From positions 1 to 34,416 of the forward strand of contig JBBQRQ010000053.1 in NCBI GenBank assembly GCA_038214755.1: a stretch of DNA of 34,416 nucleotides, written 5' to 3'. The DNA is from Verrucomicrobiota bacterium. Lineage in GTDB: Bacteria; Verrucomicrobiota; Verrucomicrobiia; Limisphaerales; CANJXF01. How positions within the stretch are numbered: position 1 is the stretch's first letter; each line of letters starts with the position of its first letter. Of this stretch, positions 8,332 through 16,157 are shown piece after piece. A program made the position numbers and the translations under genes. The notes under the pieces are model-generated. The model was not told the DNA's origin. It worked only from the letters and a program-made list of their open reading frames with translations, and did no database searches.

Positions 8332-10233
8332 TTATTTGGCGGTCAAGCCGCCGGAAAGTTTTGTTCCGCGATTACTCGGTTCGGATATGGCGAGGGCATC
8401 TTTTGTATCCGTCTCGGGAAAAAGATCGGGCTTGATGTTCAAATAATTGGCCGCGCGCTCTGCGATATTTTTGAAAAAGGGCGCGGCAATTTGTCCTCCG
8501 TAATGGCCTTTCCTTGGCTCATCGAAGACAATTGAAATGCAAAGCTCTGGATTGTCCGCCGGAAAAAATCCGATGAACGACGAAAAGAATTTGGTGCTGG
8601 AATAGGTGCCGTGATCTACTTTTTGCGCGGTGCCGGTCTTGCCGGCGACGGTGTAATGATCGAGCCGGGCCTGGACCGCAGTGCCGTCCGAACTGGCCAC
8701 GGTTTTCAGAGCGGAAACCATTTGCTTGGCGGTGGTGGATGAAATCACTTCCCGCAAAATCTGCGGCTCATATTTCGCGACGACGTGGCCGTCTTCATCT
8801 TCCAATCGATCGATCAAAATCGGGCGCATCAAACGTCCGTCATTGGCGAGGGCGCTCATGGCCATGACCATTTGCAATGGAGTAACGGCGAGGCCGTGGC
8901 CCATCGGAATTTGCGCGATGGTGACTTTGGTCCAATTCGCTTTGTCTTTGGGCGAATAAACGATTCCGCGTATCTCTCCCATCAATGGCAGGCCGGTGCG
9001 CGCGCCGAACCCAAATTTGCAGATGTAATCGTAGAGTTTCGCCTCTCCCATTTTGATTCCGATTTTCGCCGCGCCGATATTCGACGAGTGCGTGATGATG
9101 CCTTCGACCGAAAGCAAACCGTGATGATCGTGGTCGTGCAGCACTCGGCCCGCGTAAAAAAACCGGCCGTTCTCACAGTCAAATTGATCGGATAATTTGA
9201 CGACGTTTTCGTTGAGCGCGCCGGAAACGACGACAATTTTAAAAGTGGAACCCGGCTCCGCCACATCGGAAATGACACGGTTGCGCAGTGCGTCGGGCGA
9301 AAAATCTCCGGGATGATTGGGATCAAAATTGGGGAGCGTCACCATCGCCAGAATTTCTCCCGTTCGCGGGCGAACCACAGTGGCGGAAACGCTGATCGGC
9401 GACTGCTCACGCATGGCTTCAGCCAGTTCCGTTTCCACGATGTGTTGGAGACCGGCATCAAGGGTGAGCACGACATTCATTCCGTCGCGCGCCTCGACAT
9501 CCTGATCGCGATAAGCCACCAGTTCGCGACGCCGTCCATCCATCTCGGTGCGACGCCAGCCGCGCACGCCGCTAAGTTTGGAATCCATTGTCCGTTCGAT
9601 TCCATTTATCCCCAGCATTTCACCGGTAGCACCCGCGCCGACATAGCCGACGATATGTGCGGCGAGCGATTGGTTTGGATAAACCCGGACTTGATCTTCC
9701 TCGGTGAAAACCGCTTTTTGCCGGAGATTTCTTAAAAAGATTTTTTGCGCTTTGCTTAAATTATTTTCGTCGAGTCCAAAAGAATTTTTCGCAAGGGTTT
9801 GGCGAATTTGTTCCCAATCTTCCAGCTTCACTTTGTTTTTGAGAACGACGTGCTGATTGAAAACGGGGTCGCCATTGGTTTCGTAGCGGAGGACTTTCGG
9901 CTGGAGCCGTTGCGCCAAACTTGTCTCGTCGATTTTTAAGAGCGGAGCGAGAACGCGCGCCATTTCCGCCGAGCGATCTCCAATCAATTTTGGATCGGCG
10001 CAAATAATTTTGGCCGCGACGCTGGTGGCGAGTGGGACTCCGCGAATGTCCCGGATTTGTCCGCGCAAAGGTTCATGAGCAATGACCCGCTGCGTGTTGC
10101 GCTGGGCGCGCGCGCGCAATTCATCGTGACGCACGACCTGCAAATCGACCAGGCGATAGCCTAGAAAAATCAGCGCGAGCGAAAGCAAAATCGCCAGCGC
10201 CTTCAATCGTAAAAGTTGAGCCGCTTTTTCCAT
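8332..10233 (-). CDS. ftsI: Class B penicillin-binding protein (FtsI/PBP3)
   Basis: N-terminal anchor, RGQIRD, RVYP, EPGSTFK (SxxK), SSN (SxN), GKTGTAQK (KTG). Confidence 0.93.
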   Translation of the reverse strand: MEKAAQLLRLKALAILLSLALIFLGYRLVDLQVVRHDELRARAQRNTQRVIAHEPLRGQIRDIRGVPLATSVAAKIICADPKLIGDRSAEMARVLAPLLKIDETSLAQRLQPKVLRYETNGDPVFNQHVVLKNKVKLEDWEQIRQTLAKNSFGLDENNLSKAQKIFLRNLRQKAVFTEEDQVRVYPNQSLAAHIVGYVGAGATGEMLGINGIERTMDSKLSGVRGWRRTEMDGRRRELVAYRDQDVEARDGMNVVLTLDAGLQHIVETELAEAMREQSPISVSATVVRPRTGEILAMVTLPNFDPNHPGDFSPDALRNRVISDVAEPGSTFKIVVVSGALNENVVKLSDQFDCENGRFFYAGRVLHDHDHHGLLSVEGIITHSSNIGAAKIGIKMGEAKLYDYICKFGFGARTGLPLMGEIRGIVYSPKDKANWTKVTIAQIPMGHGLAVTPLQMVMAMSALANDGRLMRPILIDRLEDEDGHVVAKYEPQILREVISSTTAKQMVSALKTVASSDGTAVQARLDHYTVAGKTGTAQKVDHGTYSSTKFFSSFIGFFPADNPELCISIVFDEPRKGHYGGQIAAPFFKNIAERAANYLNIKPDLFPETDTKDALAISEPSNRGTKLSGGLTAK

Positions 10234-10300
10234 TATTTGAATTTACCTACCGCCCGCGCCGTTCGGTTCCTCCTCCGAACAGACTCGGGCGGCGGTAAAA

Positions 10301-10696
10301 TTAATTTCCTCGATCACGAGGATTTGTCTGCGCCTGGCGCAAATCAGTTTGTTCTCCGTGCGTATTTGCCTGGTGAATTTCCACAGGCGTTTCGACCAGG
10401 CGCACAATTTGAGAAACGGGCGGAGCGACCAAACCGAGATTTAGTTTTTTAACGCGCGCCTCCAACGCGATCGGCGAACAGAGGTCGTCGAGGCGCGCGC
10501 GACTGGCCTTATTCTGGCGCTGCAAGTCGGCCAGGCGAATTTCGCGCTCCAATTTTTGGCGACCCAAAACGGCGACCTGATTTTTGTACCAGACGTAGCC
10601 GACGCCGGATCCGCCGATGAACAGGCAGAGCACGAGCGCTTTGAGCGCCGGAGCGAACCGGACTGCGGCCGATTGATTTTTTCTGTTTCGGGCCAT
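10301..10696 (-). CDS. FtsL-like cell division protein
   Basis: Basic N-terminus, single TM helix, coiled-coil segment; lies between rsmH and ftsI. Confidence 0.7.
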   Translation of the reverse strand: MARNRKNQSAAVRFAPALKALVLCLFIGGSGVGYVWYKNQVAVLGRQKLEREIRLADLQRQNKASRARLDDLCSPIALEARVKKLNLGLVAPPVSQIVRLVETPVEIHQANTHGEQTDLRQAQTNPRDRGN

Positions 10697-10717
10697 TTTA
10701 GTTTTTTTTTCGCCAAC

Positions 10718-10744
10718 GTAGGGCGGGCGTCTCGCCTGCTCTAC
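10718..10744. repeat. Single REP-like unit, family E
   Basis: gtagggcgggcgtctcgcctgctctac, near-identical to the arms of the doublet at 17380-17478. Confidence 0.75.
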
Positions 10745-10753
10745 TTTTCGCGC

Positions 10754-11683
10754 CTACCATTTTTCAAATACTCGCAATTGCGCGCTGCGACTGCGCGGGT
10801 TCTCGTCAATTTCTTTTTGCGTCGGCAAAATTGCTTTTCGATTCACCCATTTCAATTTTGGCGCAGCGGGTTTTCGCAACTCGGGCACATCCACCTCGCC
10901 AGTCGCGACATAATCTCGCGACATCGTTCGCCCGAATTCTTTGACCACTCTGTCTTCCAGCGAATGAAACGTGATCACCGCCAGCCGTCCGCCCGGTTTC
11001 AAAATTTTTATCGCGGCATCCAATCCTCGTTTGAGCGAGCCGATTTCGTCGTTCACCGCGATGCGCAATGCCTGAAAAACCTTTGTCGCCGGATGCGTTT
11101 TTTTTCCGGCGCGCGGCGAAATGCGTTCAATCAATTCCGCCAGTTGCCGCGTCGTCTCGAACTTTTGCAAATTTCGGTCATGCACAATTGCTCGAGCCAT
11201 TCGCCTCGAATCGCGTTCGCCGCCGAACGCCCAAAAAATATTTGCCAACTCATCCGCGCTCGCGTCGTTCACCAGTTTCGCCGCCGTCAATTCCTGATTT
11301 TTATCCATCCGCATATCCAGCGGTCCCTCCTGCTGAAAACTGAAACCGCGCTCGGCCAAATCCAGTTGCGGCGAACTCACTCCCAAGTCGAGCAACACGC
11401 CGTCGCAACTTTTCATTTCAATCCCGTTCGCCATGTCCGAAAAATTTCCCTGCCGAATTTCAAAACGTCCCGCGAACTCCGCCAGCCGCGCTTGGGCCGC
11501 TTCAACTGCGTCGCCATCGCGATCGAATCCAAATAACCATCCAGTCGGAGAACTCGTCTCCAAGATGGCTGCCGCGTGTCCACCCCCACCGATGGTGCCG
11601 TCCACGTAACGCCCGTCGGCCCTCGGTCTCAGCGCGGCGATCACTTCCGCCACCATCACTGGTTTGTGGACGAAATTTGGCAC
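10754..11683 (-). CDS. rsmH: 16S rRNA m4C1402 methyltransferase
   Basis: HKPVM, DGTIGGGGH, DLGVSSPQLD..RGFSF, LDMRMD, FQALRIAVN, ITFHSLEDR, NPRSRSAQLR; GTG start at 11683 chosen (uncertain). Confidence 0.96.
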   Translation of the reverse strand: MPNFVHKPVMVAEVIAALRPRADGRYVDGTIGGGGHAAAILETSSPTGWLFGFDRDGDAVEAAQARLAEFAGRFEIRQGNFSDMANGIEMKSCDGVLLDLGVSSPQLDLAERGFSFQQEGPLDMRMDKNQELTAAKLVNDASADELANIFWAFGGERDSRRMARAIVHDRNLQKFETTRQLAELIERISPRAGKKTHPATKVFQALRIAVNDEIGSLKRGLDAAIKILKPGGRLAVITFHSLEDRVVKEFGRTMSRDYVATGEVDVPELRKPAAPKLKWVNRKAILPTQKEIDENPRSRSAQLRVFEKW

Positions 11684-11702
11684 GCGGCATTTGGTTCCTT
11701 TT

Positions 11703-12389
11703 TTAAGTGCGACCGGCAAAGGGTGAACGGCTCGTCATCTCCGAGGTGCAAGCGCTGGGTTTTTCCGGGGCGCGTTTTTCAAAAGGCGAACTGGGTTTAA
11801 ACAAACGAGCGGTCAGCTTGATCCAGCCGCCGCTGGAATTTTTGAGTTCATGCGGATCAGTCAGCGTCGGTTTTGCAGCGGACGCCGCCGCTGGCGTTTT
11901 TGCCGAAACCACCTCGAGGTCCGAATCGTTTAAATCATTTCGCGCCACTTTAATTTTCTCCAGCGCCCATTCGGTTTGGATCGGCGCGAAAGAATTTTTC
12001 CGGGGGCGCGCATGAAAAATTTTATTTTTAGCTGAAGAAATTTTATTTTTCACTCTCGCCCTAAAACTGATTGGCGGAAAAATTGCCGCCGGTTTCTCCT
12101 CGCGCTCCAAACTTGTTCCCGCGGCAATTTTTTGTGTCTTGTCGTGGAGACGGGAGGTGGGCGCAGGACCGGAGTTTGATTCAGGCGAAAGAAGCTGAGC
12201 CGGCGTTTGCGAAGCAACCGTGGCGGCTTGCTTTACCTCTGCGCTTTCTGCGGTGGGCGCAGGAGAGGAAGGTTGAACCCGCGCGGCAAACTTCGGCAAT
12301 AAACTTTGCTGACTGAGTTTATATTTGCCGGAGACATTTTTCCCCTCTTCCAAACTTTGGCCGACGGTCAGGAGTTTCATCAGGTTCAT
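11703..12389 (-). CDS. Hypothetical protein (228 aa, largely low-complexity) embedded in the dcw operon
   Basis: Fills the mraZ-rsmH gap, starts 2 nt after the mraZ stop, same strand. Confidence 0.75.
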   Translation of the reverse strand: MNLMKLLTVGQSLEEGKNVSGKYKLSQQSLLPKFAARVQPSSPAPTAESAEVKQAATVASQTPAQLLSPESNSGPAPTSRLHDKTQKIAAGTSLEREEKPAAIFPPISFRARVKNKISSAKNKIFHARPRKNSFAPIQTEWALEKIKVARNDLNDSDLEVVSAKTPAAASAAKPTLTDPHELKNSSGGWIKLTARLFKPSSPFEKRAPEKPSACTSEMTSRSPFAGRT

Positions 12390-12391
12390 AT

Positions 12392-12859
12392 TTATTCCAT
12401 CATCTTGAACGCTTCGTGCGCCATGACCGCGTCGGACGCTTTCACTGACGCGAAACGTTTCGGGTTCCAGATTTCAAATCGGTCGAGCAACCCGACCAGC
12501 GTCGCTTGATCTTCGATGTCGGCGGCTTTGGCCATTTCTTCCGGCAAACAAATTCGCCCGCCTTTGTCCACGGCGACCTGGACGGACTCAGCGCCAATAA
12601 AGCGCTTCAAAACCACTTTGTTCGGGTTGTCGGGTGACATCGCTTCGATGTCGTCCATCAATTGAGCCATCTCCTTGGGCGGGAGGGCGCGAAGACAAAT
12701 TCCCGCTTTATCTTTCGGCCAGACGATCAAGGTGAATTCAGTTTCAGAAGTCGAAGGGCGCCATTTGGCGGGAATCTGGACACGTCGCTTTTGATCGACC
12801 CCGTGCAGGTAGATCGAATTGTAATAGCGCGTCTGCTCAGTTGTTGATTCTCGCCCCAT
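12392..12859 (-). CDS. mraZ: Division/cell wall cluster transcriptional repressor MraZ
   Basis: Two SpoVT-AbrB repeats: VDQKRRVQIPAKWR and VDKGGRICLP, plus DRFEIWN; first gene of the cluster. Confidence 0.93.
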   Translation of the reverse strand: MGRESTTEQTRYYNSIYLHGVDQKRRVQIPAKWRPSTSETEFTLIVWPKDKAGICLRALPPKEMAQLMDDIEAMSPDNPNKVVLKRFIGAESVQVAVDKGGRICLPEEMAKAADIEDQATLVGLLDRFEIWNPKRFASVKASDAVMAHEAFKMME

Positions 12860-12883
12860 AACTCACTTTATTCACCGATCTAT

Positions 12884-12940
12884 TGACCCACTTTGACCCT
12901 TTTCGCGACACTTCATGCCATTACGTTTTTAAATGGTCAA
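12884..12940 (-). promoter_or_regulatory. dcw promoter with putative MraZ boxes
   Basis: Minus strand TTGACC (-35-like, 12935-12940) followed by ATGGC, GTGTC, AAGGG, GTGGG at exact 10-bp period, like known MraZ operators. Confidence 0.6.
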
Positions 12941-13030
12941 GCACTTTTGCTATGAAAGTTATTGGAAAGTTATTCACACAAAAGAGGGGCGGACAGGATT
13001 CATATTGCATATGCAACATCAATTCGGCAC

Positions 13031-13100
13031 CGGAGCGCCGGTTTGTAACCGGCTTAACCTCTGCGAATTGACTCAAAGCCGGTTGCAAACCGACGCTCCG
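13031..13100. repeat. REP-like doublet, family D
   Basis: cggagcgccggtttgtaaccggctt ... aagccggttgcaaaccgacgctccg. Confidence 0.88.
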
Positions 13101-13191
13101 TCGCGGGAAAAATTTTATCGAAAATGCGTTCGATGATGGGCGTGAGAAAATGTTTTCGAGCAGCGAAAACGAACGCTACGTTTCTGGCGCG

Positions 13192-14268
13192 ATGCGAACG
13201 CTGGACTTCGATTATTTTTTGCCGCCGGAATTAATCGCGCAGATGCCGGCGACCAAACGCGATCAATCGCGCCTGCTGGTTTTGAATCGAACCAGCGAGG
13301 AAATTTTCCACGGCGCTTTTCCCGATCTGCTCGAAAATTTATTTCCCGGTGATGTGCTCGTATTGAATGACTCGCGAGTGATTCCAGCGCGTCTGCGCGG
13401 CATGAGTGAGAGCGGCGGAAAATTCGAGGCTCTTTTGCTCACGGAAAATCACACCAACGATTGGTGGGCGATGTTGCGGCCAGGAAAACGCCGACAGGTT
13501 GGAACAAAAATAAATATTTTAGCGGCGGATGGAACTCATTCTGGAATTTCGGCCATCGTAAAAGAAATCAATCGCGAGGGACATCGGCGAGTTCACTTTG
13601 CCGGAACGCCAAACATTTTTCTTGAGCTTGAACGGTTCGGAGAAATTCCGTTGCCGCCGTATGTCGAACGCAATGAGCTTCTGCAATCTGATCGAGAACG
13701 TTATCAAACAGTTTACGCGTCTCGCGCCTGCGGGCCCGGATCAATCGCCGCGCCGACGGCGGGACTTCATTTCACGAATGAGTTGCTGGAAAAAATAAAA
13801 CGGCGCGGTGTGGAGATTTGTTACGTCACTCTGCACGTCGGTCTCGGCACGTTTGCGCCGGTGAAAGCAGAGGCGCTCAACGAGCACGTGATGCACGAGG
13901 AATATTTTGAAATCACAAGCGCGACGGCGAAGGCGATAAACGAGGCGAAGGAAAAAAAACGCCGGGTGATTGGGGTAGGCACAACCAGCCTGCGCGTTTT
14001 AGAAAGTGTTGCCGCTGAAAATTCCGGCTGGTTGATCGCCACGAAAAACAAGACCAAAATTTTCATTCATCCGCCTTATCGATTTCAAATCGTCGATGCG
14101 CTCCTCACGAATTTTCATCTTCCCCGCTCCACTTTGCTGATGTTGGCGAGCGCGTTCGCGTCGCCCGGAGAAACGCGCGGTCGCGAAATCATTTTGTCCG
14201 CCTACCAAACGGCCATTGAAAAGCGCTACCGTTTTTTCAGTTACGGCGACGCGATGTTGATTGTTTGA
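13192..14268 (+). CDS. queA: S-adenosylmethionine:tRNA ribosyltransferase-isomerase
   Basis: DFDYFLPPELIAQ, PLPPYV, YQTVYA, AAPTAGLHF, TLHVGLGTF, TNFHLPRSTL, YRFFSYGDAM. Confidence 0.97.
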   Translation: MRTLDFDYFLPPELIAQMPATKRDQSRLLVLNRTSEEIFHGAFPDLLENLFPGDVLVLNDSRVIPARLRGMSESGGKFEALLLTENHTNDWWAMLRPGKRRQVGTKINILAADGTHSGISAIVKEINREGHRRVHFAGTPNIFLELERFGEIPLPPYVERNELLQSDRERYQTVYASRACGPGSIAAPTAGLHFTNELLEKIKRRGVEICYVTLHVGLGTFAPVKAEALNEHVMHEEYFEITSATAKAINEAKEKKRRVIGVGTTSLRVLESVAAENSGWLIATKNKTKIFIHPPYRFQIVDALLTNFHLPRSTLLMLASAFASPGETRGREIILSAYQTAIEKRYRFFSYGDAMLIV

Positions 14269-14314
14269 AAGTGCATCCAGAACGTAATGAGTCATCGACC
14301 GATAAAACGAACTG

Positions 14315-14544
14315 GGGTAGCATCTGCCTCCGGCGGGTGCGAAAAGAATTTTCAAGTAAAACTTAAGAACCGCACCCGCCGGGAGGCCCTATCATTACCC
14401 ACATCCTTCATGCGGGTTTCTTCAATCCTGAAAGGATTGGTATCACTTAGCCCAGGGTTGCGAGGCACGAGCTACCCCGGCTGCGGCTCTGAAATTTTAT
14501 TTGGTAAAAATTCTTTTCGCACCCGCCGGAGGCAGATGCTACCC
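14315..14544. repeat. REP-like doublet, family A, with perfect 38-bp arms and composite interior
   Basis: gggtagcatctgcctccggcgggtgcgaaaagaatttt (14315-14352) is the exact reverse complement of 14507-14544. Confidence 0.92.
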
Positions 14545-14546
14545 GG

Positions 14547-15077
14547 TCAACTTTGAACTTCCGCCCAGCGCGCGAAAAGCCAGAGCGTATCGGACAATCG
14601 ATTGAGGTAGATGACGATTTGAGGATTCTGCAATTGATTCGTTTCCTGCAAAGCACAGACACGACGTTCGGCACGGCGACAAGTGGTCCGCGCCACATCG
14701 AGTGCGGCGGAATTTAAATTCGCCCCCGGCGTGGCCCAACCTTTGAAAGAAATTTTTTGCGACTCAATTTGTTGAACCAGTGCATCCAGTTTCTTTGTGA
14801 GTTTTTCCGAAACGATCGAATAACCGTCCTTCACGTAACGCGGCAAATCTTCGACTTGCGTCGCCAATTCCCCCATGAGGACAACCAAGTCTTTTTGAAT
14901 GAGTAGTAAATTTTCCCGGACAAAATCGTGTTGCGCTGTCGCGCGCGCCAAGCCGAGGGCGGCATTTAATTCATCGACCGCTCCATAGGCTTCGACGCGA
15001 GGATGACATTTCGAAACGCGTCGGTTGTACATCAATCCGGTCGAGCCAGAGTCACCGGTTTTAGTCGCGATGCTCAT
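14547..15077 (-). CDS. ATP:cob(I)alamin adenosyltransferase (PduO type)
   Basis: MSIATKTGDSGSTGL, AYGAVDELN, ARTTCRRAERR, YLNRLSD motifs. Confidence 0.93.
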   Translation of the reverse strand: MSIATKTGDSGSTGLMYNRRVSKCHPRVEAYGAVDELNAALGLARATAQHDFVRENLLLIQKDLVVLMGELATQVEDLPRYVKDGYSIVSEKLTKKLDALVQQIESQKISFKGWATPGANLNSAALDVARTTCRRAERRVCALQETNQLQNPQIVIYLNRLSDTLWLFARWAEVQS

Positions 15078-16047
15078 TGGGGACGTCGCGTTGCACAATT
15101 TTTTTGTAAGACAAAATTCCCTGAACGATGGCTTGCGCCATTCGTTGGCGATAAGCCGGACCATAAATGCGTTTCGACTCCGCCGGGTTGGACATGAATC
15201 CGCCTTCAATCAAAATGGCCGGCATTTTCGTGGTGAGCAAAACCACATACTGCGCGCGTTTGACCGAGCGGTCTTCGACGTTCAATTTTTTCACCAGCGA
15301 CTTTTGCATCTGATAAGCCAGCAGAGTGTTTTCTGCATTGTGGTGATGGCCGGGATACAACGCAGCGGACTTGCCGCCGTTGCTCGAGATCGTTCCTTCC
15401 GGCGTCAGGCAATAAACTTCTGCACCCTGGACGTTACGGTTGGCGGCGGCGTTGAAATGAAGGCTGATAAATAAATCCGCTTTGTTTTGATTGGCAAATT
15501 TCGGCCGGTCCCACGTCTCCAACCGTTCATCGCGCTCCCGCGTTTGAATCACCTTGAATCCCTCCTTCTTTAAAAGACGCTCCACCTCTTCCGCCAGCAG
15601 CAGCGTGTATTTTTTTTCCTGTCTGGTTCCATCGATTTTCCCAGGGTCGCTTCCTCCGTGACCCGCATCGAGGCAAATGGTTTTTATCGTGTCGCCTTCA
15701 TCCATTTTTTTTGGAAACAACAGCGGATGCAACGTCGATTCCAGGTCCACCTGCGAAATATAAACGACTCCTTTTTTAAGAACGACCGGCAGGCACAACT
15801 TCAGATTGATTCCGTTGAGTTGCGCGGCGTAGGAATCCATCTCGAAAGACAGGCGCGTGGAGGCGTTGGTCGCGCGCAACAGTTTTTCTTTCACGATCCA
15901 TTTCAAATCCATTTTGGCCGAGCGCGCCCAATCGGTCATGAGGACGTATTCTTTTCCGTAGAGACGATATTGAGTCAGACGAGTCGGCGAACTTTCAGCC
16001 TGCGCCAAACCTGCCGCCAAAAAAAGTAGCGGGAATAAAAATCTCAT
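15061..16047 (-). CDS. N-acetylmuramoyl-L-alanine amidase (Amidase_3), secreted
   Basis: Signal peptide MRFLFPLLFLAAGLAQA; LDAGHGGSDPG, EK, FISLHFNA, ILIEGGFMSN. Confidence 0.92.
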   Translation of the reverse strand: MRFLFPLLFLAAGLAQAESSPTRLTQYRLYGKEYVLMTDWARSAKMDLKWIVKEKLLRATNASTRLSFEMDSYAAQLNGINLKLCLPVVLKKGVVYISQVDLESTLHPLLFPKKMDEGDTIKTICLDAGHGGSDPGKIDGTRQEKKYTLLLAEEVERLLKKEGFKVIQTRERDERLETWDRPKFANQNKADLFISLHFNAAANRNVQGAEVYCLTPEGTISSNGGKSAALYPGHHHNAENTLLAYQMQKSLVKKLNVEDRSVKRAQYVVLLTTKMPAILIEGGFMSNPAESKRIYGPAYRQRMAQAIVQGILSYKKIVQRDVPNEHRD

Positions 16048-16058
16048 GGGCGGCCAAT

Positions 16059-16146
16059 AGGAGCGCGGACGTTCTTCGTCCGCGTCGCTCCATCTAGAGC
16101 AAGCTCGCCTGAAAAACACACGCGGACGGAGAACGTCCGCGCTCCT
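16059..16146. repeat. REP-like doublet, family F (GGAG foot)
   Basis: aggagcgcggacgttcttcgtccgcgt ... acgcggacggagaacgtccgcgctcct. Confidence 0.85.
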
Positions 16147-16157
16147 TTCCTCATTTC

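Noticed and set aside
10556..11536. Long antisense ORFs (also 16590-17345, 25705-26589, 28024-28812, 29776-30633)
   Set aside because: Shadows of well-supported genes on the opposite strand, expected in GC-rich coding DNA
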